Source: Paramecium tetraurelia (lineage: Eukaryota). From it: DNA of 64,000 bases. Positions 50,662 through 64,000 of the stretch are shown here, piece by piece (position 1 is the stretch's first letter; every line of letters begins with the position of its first letter). The stretch is from positions 248,001 through 312,000 of the forward strand of contig CT868552.1 of NCBI GenBank assembly GCA_000165425.1. The letters are read 5' to 3'. The notes beneath the pieces were generated by a model. It made no database searches. It saw nothing but the letters and a program-made list of their open reading frames with translations, and had not been told where the DNA came from. A program made the position numbers and the translations under genes.

Positions 50662-53600
50662 ATGAATTTAGTACATTTTGATTCCTTGTGCAATGATTGC
50701 TGTTTCTCAACAACATTAGAAGTAAGTATTGTTTTTAAGTTTATAGAGTAAGCAATTGGCTGAATAGTCAATTTATCAGTTCATAGAAGATATAAGAAAC
50801 ATTGATATTATATGTCAGATTATACAATAAACTCAGTCAGGCTCGACTTTGTTTGTGATATCAGAATATATAGCTAAGATTGTGGTTTCTGAAAGGTCTT
50901 TCAAGGGATTCTCATCTTCTGATCGTAGTTTATCAGAAGGGTAATTAATTGTGGGATAATTCTAATATAGGGAAGAAAACGATGTGTTATCTAAAAAATG
51001 CAGAGTCTATGAAACTTTGGTTTAACTATTTTGTGCTAGTCTTTAAAAGCAATAAGAAAATCACGTATAAAATTCAATCTGTAATTTGGTGGGTTTGTTG
51101 ATTCAGCAAATAATGATGTTTAGTAGCAACCAATTCTCAAAGTTCAAGTTAGTTTTTAACTCTTTTTTTCAAGGGAATCAACCTTACCTCCTTTCTATAG
51201 GTTTGAAATTAGTGTAGCATGTTTTATAGAATTTACAACTTTATTCATCCTATGACTCTTATGTTTCATATAGGAAAATAATGTTTTAGTTTTAAAATAG
51301 CGATATTCTAGATTTTATGTCTACTGTTTGTACAGTGCTGAAATAATGCACTTAAAATCTCTATAAGCCAGCCTTAGCCTCACTTAAAGATATTTTGATG
51401 TTCAATTTTAATGTGAGTTACTTCGAATTAGAATCAGATTTTGATCCGAATGATCAAAACAATGTTAGCGTAATTTAAAATATTATATTCCTAGTTTCCT
51501 GAGAAATTTGCTGAGTTTTTTAATGATAGGTAATTGGTGGAACTTTTATTTAAGATTGTAGCATTATACAGTTAAAGCGACTCCTCTTTAGCCCTGTTAG
51601 CATTGAAATCTCTGAAGAGAATGGCTTCTTCAAAGAAGAGAATTTTTACAGAGAAAATTAAAAAAAGATTATTTGCTAAGGAAATGTATTAAGGTTGTAT
51701 TTTCCTTTTTGAAAAGGTATAATAAGCTAATGAGGAAATTATAAGTGATATATTGGAGTTAAATACAAAATTAAACAATTGCTTCGGTTTGAGATAGATT
51801 AGATTTGATTTTACATTTAGTTAACAATGGTTATATTCTTTATAAACATTTTGTGTTTAAATCTTACAAAAATAAATGAAAATTAAGGATCCTCACATGT
51901 ATTAGATGATAGAATTGATGAAGAAATTAGTCAAATTTATTACTGACTTCAAATTGGATATTACATTTAAATAATCAATCTCTAAGGCAATATCGGAAAT
52001 AAGCAAGTCTATAATTCATTTATTATTGAATTCTCAAAACTCCTTTTTTTAAGGTTACACACCTTAGAATCATAAAAAATTAAAGCATACTTTAAAAGAA
52101 TTTTTTGAAAATCTTTTTCCAATTTTATCTATAGATTTAACTAGTCACATTAAGATGATTTATCATTCTTTTAAGAATGCAGCTTAAGATTAAGAAAAGT
52201 TCATTATTGAATTAAGTTTAATTAATTACATTGTAATAAATCCATAAATTTTAGAAAAAAACAGTGAAGAAATAGTTTAAATGATATAAACTGTAATTAA
52301 AGATTCATTAACCTTCCTATAAGTTTCTACTCATAATTTACCTCCCTTAGTTATTATGTCTGCTATGTCTTTGGCAGATAACTTATTTTAATTTGCTCTT
52401 AGTGAATCAGATGAATCAATTGGTAGATAAAGATCAAACAAAGCCTTTTTTGATAATTTCATCAAGCCAATTCAGATATAACCCTAATAAGCTACTAATC
52501 AATTATTGTAATTCATAATTTTACAATTGCAAATTGAGAACAAAGAAATTATAGAATATGCCTTAGTAATTATGAAGGAAACAATTGTTCGACTCAAACA
52601 TCATTTATATAACGAAGCCTTTTAAAGTTCAAATGTTGTAACCTAAATTAAAGGCGTCCTATTAAATCTTAAGAATACTGCTTTATAGAAGGATACATTT
52701 TTAAGTTGTCGAACTTTAGCCTCTGAAATCCTGTCAATTTTATTGTTTGACACTGCCTATGAGAACTACATTGAATCAATAATCTAATTAAATTAGTTTT
52801 TGACAATACAACCAACTCAATAATCAATTTTAATATATCTATATGAAATGTTAGGTTACTTCAGACATGTTGATACTAGCAAAATATTTAGATTACTCAT
52901 TAAATAACATCTATTAAAAATAGCTGAATTGACCAGATTTATTTTAATAGACAATCCTTAACAATTCCAAATGTGTAAATTATGTCTAAAACTAATGGTT
53001 GCCATAACAGAGAACAAGAGTCTGAGATATTAATATCATAGTTCCTCTGTAGTTTAAATTGAATTAGTCAGAACATTTTAAGGTATATTGACAAGTTACT
53101 TGTAACATTTAATAAATGCCATATAAGATGAAAAAGTCAAATAGGAATTCTCAGCAGAGATTTGCAGATTGGTGGGATTAATATTTAAAATTATGAATAA
53201 CATCCTTAAAGGTAAATATATTTCTTAAACATGTTAATTGCTCTTTGCTGACAGAAAATATTTAGACCTACTCATAACTTCATTAGAAATAACATCAAAG
53301 ATCTCAAATTATATCATTGTAAATGTATATATATATTTTTAGATGTACAATAAAACATGTTTACAAGTAGTCTAAGTGTTGTAAGTAGTGAGTTCGTCAC
53401 AACTGCAGTTATTTGAATTGAATCCACAATCACTGTCTACTTTAATGGTTATAATTGAAAATTTACAAAAACACTTGTTGCGCCAACTCTCACAAGAATA
53501 TAAGACTTCAACTATATCCACATATCACCAGCCTTTGGATAAAGTTACTTTGGATCATACAACAGACATTGTTTTATCAATACTAGAATTTGTATCAGAG

Positions 53601-53939
53601 GAACAATAATTGACTTAGATGGGCATTTTATAATCGTTTGTTTAGCCTTTAGATCCTATTATTGAACTTATTTTGTAAGAATTACTACTGTGCTTAATTA
53701 AGGGTTAATGTTCACAACAAACCAACCTCAAAATCACAAGATAGGTTTTCGCTATTATGTGCACTTTTCAATAAGTTTTTGTTGCAATTTTAAGCAAAGT
53801 CTTACTGAGATCTGATTAATAATTAGATGCTTCTTAACTACAAATTTTAACATAAGATCTAGACCTAAGGATCAAACAATAAAATGAAGAATAATTTAAA
53901 AAAAACTTCAATCTATTTATGAAATAATTTGGAATTTGA
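50662..53939 (+). CDS. Large ARM/HEAT protein, probable exportin-7/RanBP16-like karyopherin
   Basis: N-terminus FDSLCNDC..KQLAEQSIYQF..ICQIIQQTQS..YIAKIV resembles the exportin-7 N-terminus. About 1000 aa of helical sequence with several introns. Confidence 0.6.
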
Positions 53940-53981
53940 GAGTAATGATGTTTTTATTTTGTTATTAAATATAATCATAAA

Positions 53982-54326
53982 ATGAGCAGAAAGTTTATAA
54001 CCCAGTACCCATTGGCACCACCAATGAATGATATTTCCAATTTATACAAAAAAATCAGAATATAAGAACAATTATAATTCTTCGATGAAATAATCAAAAA
54101 GGGTAAATTCAAAAGACCAGTGCAAAAACCCAAAAACATTAAACTCCCCATCACTATATCTTCAAAAACAATTCAATTATAAAGTGAGCGATCTCTTTCT
54201 ATTCGTTCACCAAGAATTATTGAATAACCTAAGAAATAAATACTGCCGCCCATTTCAAAGCAAAAAGCATCAATTTCAGGTTGGGAAGTTAATACATCCT
54301 ATGATTCGTATTTATATTTTTAATGA
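53982..54326 (+). CDS. Small basic hypothetical protein (114 aa)
   Basis: Intronless MSRKFITQYP...ILPPISKQKASISGWEVNTSYDSYLYFQ-TGA. Confidence 0.75.
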
Positions 54327-55583
54327 AAAACATTGATATTAAGTAATTCATCTAAATCCCTTTCTTATTTCAAAGATATAAAATAAATCCTGATACCAAT
54401 CACAACTTCTATCACGGCAATAATCATACATTAATCCTACAATTAAAGAATTAAAGAAAACTTAATCTATTCTAAGTCAATCATAAACTAATTTTAAGTT
54501 ATAAGTAAATCACCAAAAATAAATAATCATTATGTCAAGGCTACTAATCTGAAGATTGCTCTATTTGATTAGATGCATCAAAATTTTTAAATAGAAACAA
54601 TGTCATTTAATTATCAAATACAAAAAATAAGACAACTTTTGTTAGTCTATACTTGTCGAACCTTAGGTACTAAAATATTTGATTGATTATAATTATTTAA
54701 TTAAAAAAATTATTTTTAATATAACCTTTTATAATTTAACAACCTATTCACCTATTTTCAATCATTTTTTCTTCATACTTTTAACCTATAATTATCAGCT
54801 TGATGAATAGCTAAATTTTCTCTATTGGAAATTATTCATTACTCTTGCATTACACATTTAAATTTAAGTTTCTCATTATTGACACCTATCTTCACTTATA
54901 GTTATATTGACTTTACTTTTAGAAATATACACCTAATATTCATTTGATCATTGATAAGATCATAAAAAATAATTATATTACAAAATTATGAATATATATT
55001 ATGTTATTATCAATTGTATTATCCCACTAGTCTTAATACTCTTGCAGTTTCCTTAGTAAGGATTGATATTCGAAAACTAGGTTAAGAACGTGTAGTTTCA
55101 CTAATTTTGATTTTAAAATTAGGAAGTAACTTCTTGTTTAATTCACTTAATTCAAATAATGGATTTTTAAATGATAATTTTTTACATGAATGATTAAGTC
55201 TGATATTATTCTTTTAAATGAGTTTCTGTTTTCTATACTAACTATTCGCATAAACTTTGTTTTAAAATTCTGGGTTTATTAAGGTCTTTTTATTTGTTAT
55301 ATACTATTATTATTATTATTAAATTTTCAACATAAATTTATAATATTCTTGTTCATTATCTAGAATTATGTATTTCAGGCATCAATTGAATGTATATTAA
55401 AAATTAAGTTAGAATTTAAAACATATATAAATAAATTTATTGTCTTCTGAAACTTTGCTTCCCTCTATAAGTTTATTTCAAAATAAATATAAAACAACAT
55501 TTAGAGAATATAAATCTTTCATAATTTTGTATTAATTAATTTATAAAAAGAGAGAAATACTAAATTTTGAATATCTCATTGTT

Positions 55584-56599
55584 TCATTAGTTGATTTTTA
55601 TCAAACTGTTATTCTATTACTTGATTATTTTATATGATTAGAAGAGTTCTTAGATGGCTACTTAATCATTAATTGCTTCTTAAGATTTTGAATTGTTTAT
55701 ATAATTTGGTTGAATAAGTTTACCATTGACATTTTCAAAATTGTATTACAGTTTTATTTCCAAATAATCTTTAAGTAATTAATATGCTTTTTAGCATTCC
55801 ATATTGGATCCATATTTGATATAGATATAAATTTAGCTTTATTTCAAATACTTCTAAATATTAAATTAAAATTTACAATTTCTCCAAAGAGACAAAATAT
55901 TTTGATAACAAAATTCAAGTCATTTAATATATCATAAGTGATTAACACTTAAATGCACATTGTATTTTGTTGCAACTTGTCCAAAGCTGTAACGATCTTA
56001 GTTTCAATAGTTTTATTAATTTCATCATCTATTTAATTGAGTCGACTGAGGATATCTACCATTTTCTCTTCTGAAAACTACGGCTCCTCCTCATCAGAAA
56101 CCTCATCTGTAGAATTACTTCCAAATTAGAAATCTTCCCATTCATTGATTCGTGCTATTTCTTATTATTCTTCATTTTGCTCAATCTGATCAGTAGTATT
56201 AGAAGGAGGATTAGTAAAATCAAGACCTTTAGTATATGGAACAGTATCAAGCTTTAGCTATTTCAACCTCGAATGATAAACATTGCATGAAATTTAATTT
56301 AAGATTTTTGTATTATTAAGTGATCTAGGATAAAAATTGAATCTATACTTTATTGCATCAATTGCTGAATCAACTTCGTCATATTCAATAAATACTTTTG
56401 TTTAAAGCTGACCTCTCTCAAATATTAAAATCTATAATATTATATCATAATTTTGGAATACTTTTGAAATAGAGCCATGTTTGGAGAAAACTTTCAATAA
56501 AGATTGATTATTGATTTAGATATTATTCTATGTTGTTTTCAGACAAACTAAAGCAACTCTAGTGGGTGTTGGTTCTCTTTTTTTTTTCCTTTGGGACAT
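55584..56599 (-). CDS. RRM protein, PTB/hnRNP L-like
   Basis: LLKVFSKHGSISKILIFER..VFIEYDEVDSAIDAI..CNVYHSRLKQLKL..GLDFTNP; second degenerate RRM IFCLFGEI..YIKY. The 3' end is less certain. Confidence 0.8.
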
Positions 56600-57733
56600 T
56601 ATTAATTACTAATATAATTAATGTTATCCTAAAACTCATTTATATCTGTTTGAGATATATTGGTTACATTTTGAATAACATTCATCTATATGTTAATAAT
56701 GGTTATTAATGTAGTTACTTGTAGGGAACATATAACCTAAAAGACAATCAACATAATATTTTATGATAAAAATGCTAACATTATACAAATTAAGTATCAA
56801 AAATAATAGGTTGTCAAAAATTTATTCTTCTTTTTTTAATTGATTTTGGATGATTGAATTTGAGTATTAAGAAATTTGATTAGATAAAGATAAATTGTTT
56901 TTTTTTATTTGAGTCTAGAAAAATAGTTTTTTTGTAAAATGAAGAAGGAACTATAATTACATCCTTATTATTGAGCTTATTTTTTCCAACGTTCTATATG
57001 GAACATAATTAATTAGAAGAATTTTGATTCTGAGCAAAATAATTAGTAATATAATATAAGAGAATAGACTATCTTAACCCAGTCAAGCACTATTTATGAT
57101 ACAATAATATTAAATTTATTATCTATGAGTAATATCAATTTTATAGTTTTCTTTGAAACATTTACACTTAAACCTAAACAATCAGTATTGTAATCTTAAG
57201 TCTCAAATAAATAGTTAATTTCATTCATAATATTAGATCTACAATGTTCTAAATTTAAAATAGTTTCGCAAAATTATGAGACTGCTATCATTCAATAATT
57301 CTAATCCTAGCTTATAATTAAGAATTTTTGTCAACATTTCAAAAAATGTAGCTATTTCTTTATTATTCTAAATTAGTTTGGCAGTTCCTAATTGTTCGTA
57401 ATACTCATTAGAAATCATTAGAAACTATTTATTAAAAGTTATAAGGTAATAACAATCTTAATTTATAGTTTTAAGAAGGAATTATTATTGTTATTGAATT
57501 TCAAAAAAATAGAATATATAGAAATTACTTGATTGTAATTTGAATGATTGATTTGGGTCTAGACTTATTTAAGATTTGTTATTAAGTTAATCTTTTAGCA
57601 TCTGTGATTTGTAATACCGGTTTATTATGATAGAATAGCTTAGGGGATAATTTTGCTAATAAACAGAAAATATATATGAATGAGAATTGCTTTGATATAT
57701 ATATTAATTAATCTACGTGTTATTATTTAAGAA

Positions 57734-60198
57734 ATGATAATAATTCTAGGTCTGTTGATTTTATGTGTGTCAGGATAGAAAGAAGTGAAGGTTTCATTTA
57801 ATGAACTTGAATCTCCAGTGTCTAACATTTATTGGTGTGGATCATCTGTTGTATTTACAAAAGACGATGAAACAATTGAATAAACACATTAGGAGAGCAG
57901 AAAAGTGTTGTTCATTCTTACAGACAAAGGGAGAATATGGAGATCAGCAGATTACGGTACAACTTGGTTGGATGAAACAAAGAGTTGGGAAAAGATGGAA
58001 CCAGAAAATAAATAATTACAATTCGAAAGTATTCATATTTCACCAGCTGATTCAAGGGTTATATTCTTTTTTGGTTCAAATGGTATTAGTTATAAATCTA
58101 AGAATTGTGGTCGAACTTATACAAGGTTCACACATTCAGAAGATCTTTATGATTTTAAATTGAATAAGATGGATGCTTAATGGATTATGGCTTTTAAAGA
58201 CAAACCCTGTGGCAAAAATGATGTTAATTGTAAAGACTTTTATAAGAAATCAATTTATGTGACTGAAGATGGAGGTGAAACTTGGAAATCAGCCTTAAAC
58301 TATGTTAGGGATGCTGCATGGGATAAACTCTTATAATATCAATTAATCCCTGATCAAAGGATAATAGTGTGTCACATGAAAGAAGGCAAATCTGTTATTT
58401 CCTACTCAGATGACTATTTTGCAACTGTATAAACAATGTAAGAAAATGCTTTGGGATTCTTCTAAACATCCCATTACATATTCGTACTTATTACAGGCGA
58501 AGATGGAGAAACTGGATATGAATTGTTGATTGCTCCTGCTTATTTAGATAAATTCTCGCCATAACCAGTATAATTGCCAATCCCTTTGAATTAGCATACA
58601 TTTACTATCCTAGACACTTCAGAAGGACAGATATTTTTGTCTGTTTCTCATAAAGAAGAAAATCAAAGATTAACTAATGTATACGTAAGTGATTTTAGAG
58701 GATTTAAATTCACTCTATCTTTGTTACATAATGTGAGATCTCTTGATACTGGAAATTGTGATTTTGAGAGAATGTTAGGTATGGAAGGAGTTTATGTTTC
58801 TAACGTATTTGATCATCAAGAAGTAGAGAAATCAAAATCTAGAAGTTCCATCACTCCTGCCACCTTAGAATTATATAAAAAAACTGTACAAAATAAATTC
58901 ATTCATATTTTTAGTTCATCTCCTATGATAGAGGCGGTTAATGGCATCCATTAAAAGCTCCAGAAGTTGATTCAAAAGGAGATGAAATCTAGTGTTCTGG
59001 AGATTGCTCTTTACATCTAAAAGGAAGGACAGAAGCCAATCAAAATCCACTCTATTCTAGTTAAAATGCCCCTGGACTTAGTATTGGTGTTGGAAATACA
59101 GGTCTATATTTGACTTAGAAAGATCACGAAGTCAACACCTATCTGACCAGAGATGGAGGCCATGAATGGTTTGAAATCAGAAAAGGTTCTCATATGTATG
59201 AGATTGGAGATAGAGGTGGTCTCATTGTTATGGGACAAGACGATAAACCCATTAATCAAATCATTTATTCATGGGATTAAGGATTTTCATGGGAAGAAGT
59301 CAAAATTGGTCAAAAGGAATTTGAGATTCAGAATATAGTCACCGAACCTTCCAATATGGAATAGAAGTTCATTGTATATGGATAAAGCAGATCATAAGAA
59401 AATCAATTAAAAGGATATGTTGTAGCATTGAATTTCTAAACACTTCATTAACGAGTTTGCTCTGGTGCTTGGGATCCAACAATGCCTGAATCAGATTACG
59501 AATTTTGGATTCCTAAAAACTTTGAATCTGGTAAATGCTTATTTGGTAGAAAAATCAAGTACATCAGAAGAAAAAGAGAGGCTAAGTGTTTCAATCAAGA
59601 GGAAATTGATAAAAAGTTCTTCATCGAAACTTGTCCTTGCATAGAGGATGATTGGGAATGCGATTTTGGATTCTATAGGAAAATAGAAGGAGGACCCTGT
59701 GTGCCAATTGCAGATAAATTTGAAGAAGATGATACTCCAGATTTATTAAAACCTCCTGCTAATTGCAAACAGACTTACATGAAAACATAAGGCTACAGAA
59801 AGGTTTCTGGAGATTATTGTTAAGGTGGTATTGATCTATCCCCTGTTGAAACACCTTGTCCAAACATCTAAGCAAACAGTACTTCATTGAATAATACTGA
59901 AATTCCAATTAATGATATCAAATAACCTACAATTAGCAAACCATAAATCCATAACTCCTCAACCTAACTTAATTCTTCAAAATAAAATTCATATTTATGG
60001 TATGTTGTAGCCTTTTTAGGTGCTGTCATATTAATTTTGTTCTTTAAGGATAAAGTCATTAAGTAATTTTTTATTATAAATTTTAGTCTATTTAGCCCTA
60101 AAGCACCAAAGAAACCCTAATCCTATATGGGAAAGGGTAATTACGAACAACTGAAATTATTTAGTGGAAATGATGATGATGACGAAGCTGGCCTTTGA
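57734..60198 (+). CDS. Sortilin/Vps10-domain sorting receptor
   Basis: Signal peptide; BNR repeats RSADYGTTW, VTEDGGETW, ISYDRGGQW, LTRDGGHEW, YSWDQGFSW; 10CC region CLFGRK..CPCIEDDWECDFGF; single TM; tail YEQL and DDDDEAGL. Confidence 0.95.
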
Positions 60199-60245
60199 TT
60201 TTGTATTTTATATTCATTTGATTTGAAAATTTTAATAAAAAAATA

Positions 60246-61780
60246 TGATGCTTTCATTCGTTTACAAGGTAGAAGATCTTAATTAGTGTCAGTTGAAACA
60301 AGTATTTTAAATAATTTGATTTATAAAAAGGTTGAGACTTTGATTGAGAATCTTGAAACTATTAAAAGCGAGAACTATATTTTCTTTCCATAAAGCTTAA
60401 TAATTCAAAAACAGCAGAATCAATATGAATTTACATTTACCGAAGAAAATTTATCCGCTCTTACTTAAGTTGGAAAGGATACACTCTAAATATAGGATTA
60501 GCCAATTTATCTTTCAAAGCACCTTTTAAAGTTATTTAATAGACTTTCACAATTAAAGTAAAAAAAAAATATTATTAAGAATTTATATACCAACTTTAAG
60601 CTAAGAGAGTTTTATGCCGCTTTATGAGGCTTTGGAAACGAGTCTAAAAGCTAACCAAAACAGATATATATATATATAGAGATGTCTGCTGTATAATTTT
60701 GGTTTAGACAAATTGGATTAAAATTCATCAGGAATTGCAAATAATCATTGCCTACCCCCAGAATTGATCTATTAAATCAAAAAAGAAAGCAAAACTATAA
60801 AATTTGATGAAAAAATGGCCATCTTTAATCTAGGATGCATACTATTTGAGATGTTCACAAAATAAAAAATGTATGAAAGAACAAATAGTTTTGAAGAATA
60901 AGGTAAATATAACTTAACAAAATACATCTTTAAACCAGGATATAAATATTTAAACTTTTTATTTGGATAACTGGTCTAAAAATGCACTCTGGAAGAAGAA
61001 ACTGAATCGAATAAGAGGTTCACTATTAAAGAAGCTTTGTCCTAAATTCTGTATATTCAATAATGCGAATAATATATTAAAAGTGCTGAGAAGGAGTAGC
61101 AAATCATAAAAATTGATGACTTTTTTTCTCAAACATCTAGTTTACATAATAGATTAGTTGAAGGATTACAAATTAAAGGAAATCATCAACTCACCGGCAG
61201 AATATATATTTTATAAAATTTGATGAGAATGAAGTTTGTTTTCTTACTCTTCTAGAAGGAAGAGCTTGAATGTTTTAGAGATTTTCTTATAATGAAACTC
61301 ATAGTATAAGAACTCTAAGGAATCAAAGAACTTGAAAAACATTCAGAAAATCAATCTCACATCCTAAATTTCAAGGATTCTGTAGATGAAATTACAGAAT
61401 TTTACACTCTTTATTCCTCTAAATATGAGAAACTTCTATTTTAGTTAATATTAGGAATTGAAAAAAAAGTGTACCTTGAAAAGTAAAGAAAGCATTTTAA
61501 ATAATAATTTCGGTCGAGTAAGGTATAAGATTTTTAGAAAAATTTTCATGCTGATTTATTTTAAGAAAAGACTCCAAGTTAATAATTACTTAAATTATGC
61601 TTATAAAATCTCAATACTATATTCCTGAAGGATCAATTGCTATTGAATTTCAGACCAATATCTAAGTAATTGATGGATGGTAATCCTTATGAAATTTACG
61701 ATACGTTACTAAAAATATTATTCGGAAATGAAATCTAATAAAACAAAATTTAAGAGCTTATTTAGACAATAAATTTTTGA
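60246..61780 (+). CDS. Divergent kinase-like protein (probable pseudokinase)
   Basis: LYNFG at the DFG position, CLPPEL at the APE position, IFNLGCILFEM, KRFTIKEAL. No HRD motif or Gly-rich loop found. Confidence 0.65.
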
Positions 61781-62783
61781 ATATTTTATGTTTAAATATA
61801 GTATAAATATTATTGCATAAATAATAATGATATCTTATTAATAAAAAGTTCTCATAAGCAGCTATTGCAATTACCAATAAACAGTTTCAGACGGAAGACT
61901 GCTTAGAATAGAACATTTGATATTGACTAGAATTTTAGCCATAAATTATCATTTTCTTAATTTTATACTTCCTTAAAGCTATTTTAAAGTGGGTTAACTC
62001 TTATGTGAAAATTATAAAAAATTCTTTAAAAATTGTTATAATAAAGTCTGAGGATGAGCATTAGAATTGTAGCTTGTTTGAATTAAAATTTCTAATTTAG
62101 AAAACAATATGAAATTAATAATTAAAGAAAGTAATAGTTATAAAACATCCTTATGTTACTGCACCAAAAATTTGATAATCTTAAACTTTCTCAATCTTCA
62201 GAATTTGATTGAATACAGACTTAGAATTTAGCAGAAGTTAATTATTGATTTAGATATCTAAAAAAAAAGTTTAAATAGATTTGTATAAATTTAATAAGAA
62301 TGGATAAATTTAAGAATGAATGTTCATGATTTCAAAGTAGATAAAAGTCAACGATTAAATTATTAATGGAAAGGAGAAATAATATTATTAATCATAATAG
62401 TCATGATATTTATTTAGTGAAAATGTTTAATATTTGATAAATTTATAGTTTTATGATCTTATTTAGTAAATTTGGCTGAAATTTATTGTAATTGGTATAA
62501 AATAAGTGTTGTCCTGAAGATTAGTGAAGTATTTAAATGAAATAATATATAAAGATTTCTTTTATAAAATATAGATCATAGAATGTTTGAATTTTGATAA
62601 TACGCAACATTGTTCAATAATCATAAAATACTGATTAGATTGATGGTATTTATATGACGTAGTTAATGATTCTTATAGGAAATGTACTTTACATCATAAA
62701 ATTAACCGATCGCACTATGATTTATCGTTTTCTGGATAATATAAGAAAGCATCTTAGGGAGTTTGAATTGTAAAAATTACAAA

Positions 62784-63182
62784 ATGAAAATTTTAGACGA
62801 AATCAAGAAACAAGTAGAGATGGAAATGTAAAAAATAAAGAAAGTATAGCCTACTCGCATTCATCAACCTCTTAATTCTTAATAAAAAAAAGACCTCCTC
62901 ATTCTAATTAATAAAGGTGTTTAATTAAAAGATGCCGCCAGAGAAATGAAGGTCACGTATCATGAGGCCAAAATCGCTTATAATGAGTATCGTCGTAAGG
63001 CTCTCAGTAGCCAAAGCGAGACTGAATCTGCCATTCCTGACATCCGAACTGCTGGCGTGAGTTTGTTGAGGGTACCACCTCATCATTTCATTGTCTAGAG
63101 TGTAGTTGAGAATACTATTACATCTGTTCGTAAATTGTACAATGTAATAGTTTAAAATCCAATACTCAACTCAAATATATGA
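62784..63182 (+). CDS. Small helix-turn-helix protein
   Basis: PLNSQQKKDLLILINKGVQLKDAAREMKVTYHEAKIAYNEYRRK; intronless. Confidence 0.75.
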
Positions 63183-63261
63183 TGATATTTAATTTGTTAT
63201 TTCTTCTTTTAGCACATTCTGCGTCATAAATGTTATGTACTTAAAAAAATATTTAATAATA

Positions 63262-64000
63262 TCAAAACAACTCTAATGTACCCTATTCTTTTTCCTTCTT
63301 TAAGGTTTCAAAATAGCCATAAATGATTGTAACAGACAACAAAATACCAGTTCCTTTGGAAGTTAACTTAAATTCATACCTGAACCGATGGCACCCAAGA
63401 AATCAGCAAGAATGGTCAAAGCACCAATGCACATACCTCCAAAGGAAGCAGCAATTGGGATGTATCTCTTTAACACGTCTTTCATTGATGAATCTCTGTA
63501 TCCAACGATTTACATGTCTTGTTCCTTCAATTATTTGGCAACCTATGAATATATTTAAAAAGCAATACATCTTTTGGTGATGATCCTGAAACATCAATCC
63601 AAGTTTTTGAGAACACAGCACAAGTTCCAAGAATGAATGCAGTATAGAGGATGGTGTGGATTGGATCGAAGATAGCTTCTGAAATTGATCTTGGAGGTGA
63701 CACATAATACACTAATCCTCCAATTGGAACAGTCTATCCATTCTCTAATTCTTGATAATATCCCAATAATCTGATTAAGAAGTTACCCTTGAAGTTTCTG
63801 TAAAGAATTTATGAAAGGAAATAGAGGTTTGATACTAATGCAGTTTATAGGATGATTGGGATGTTGGAGGTATAAAATAATTTGATAGGATATGATGTTA
63901 ATCCTCCTCTGACTTTATTGTTTTTGATTGGGATGTCGACTTTGAATCCTTAGAAGTAGATGACAATCAAAAAGACCAATACTGTTGCTAACAAATTAGT
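63262..64000 (-). CDS. SEC61A: Protein translocon subunit Sec61 alpha (3' part; gene continues beyond window)
   Basis: [76 protein letters not shown]. Confidence 0.98.

Larger units (their letters stand above)
1..64000. other. Ciliate (Paramecium-like) macronuclear-type gene-dense DNA using translation table 6 (TAA/TAG=Gln) with tiny introns
   Basis: Conserved proteins (PP2A-A, Sec61a, PP2C) have in-frame TAA/TAG at Gln positions and end in TGA. Examples of GT..AG introns: 3552-3579 (28 nt), 15579-15604 (26 nt), 24895-24919 (25 nt). Confidence 0.97.

Noticed and set aside
57801..59338. ORF-track entries 57801-58163 and 59153-59338 as separate genes
   Set aside because: They are off-frame readings inside the sortilin gene.
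1..64000. Mass pseudogenisation or stop-codon readthrough suggested by frequent TAA/TAG in genes
   Set aside because: These codons fall at Gln positions of conserved proteins. This is the ciliate nuclear code, not gene decay.
1..64000. CRISPR arrays, prokaryotic defence systems, transposases, rRNA/tRNA genes, telomeric repeats
   Set aside because: I saw no repeat-spacer arrays, DDE or RT motifs, structured GC-rich RNA genes or G4T2/G3T3 tracts by eye. A covariance-model search was not run, so small ncRNAs could be missed.

Overview
This is a eukaryotic ciliate locus, most likely macronuclear DNA of a Paramecium species, and not a prokaryotic one. The evidence is the extreme AT richness, ORFs that only open when TAA/TAG are read as Gln with TGA as the sole stop (translation table 6), many 21-30 nt GT...AG introns, and intergenic gaps often under 60 bp. 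The supplied ORF track uses the standard code, so it fragments real genes and reports antisense artefacts. I re-translated the window by hand and find about 33 protein-coding genes. Confident calls: PP2A scaffold subunit, protoporphyrinogen oxidase, PP2C, SV2-like MFS transporter, Puf6/PUM3, 3R-Myb, cyclic-nucleotide-binding cation channel, NCS/EF-hand-PIP5K, Cwf18, sortilin/Vps10 and Sec61-alpha (partial). The most unusual items are: (1) an E3 ligase joining an RBR-type RING1-IBR to a complete MYCBP2-type RING-Cys-relay module, directly downstream of (2) a P-loop GTPase-Hsp20 fusion; (3) a PZP-PHD-TFIIS_M-SPOC chromatin/Pol II reader; (4) a SAM-FHA-FHA-RING ligase; (5) three small HTH genes, two of them tandem paralogues; (6) a channel with a TVAYGD filter; (7) three pseudokinases. 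I saw no rRNA, tRNA, CRISPR array, telomere or transposon. All coordinates and domain calls come from manual reading without database searches.
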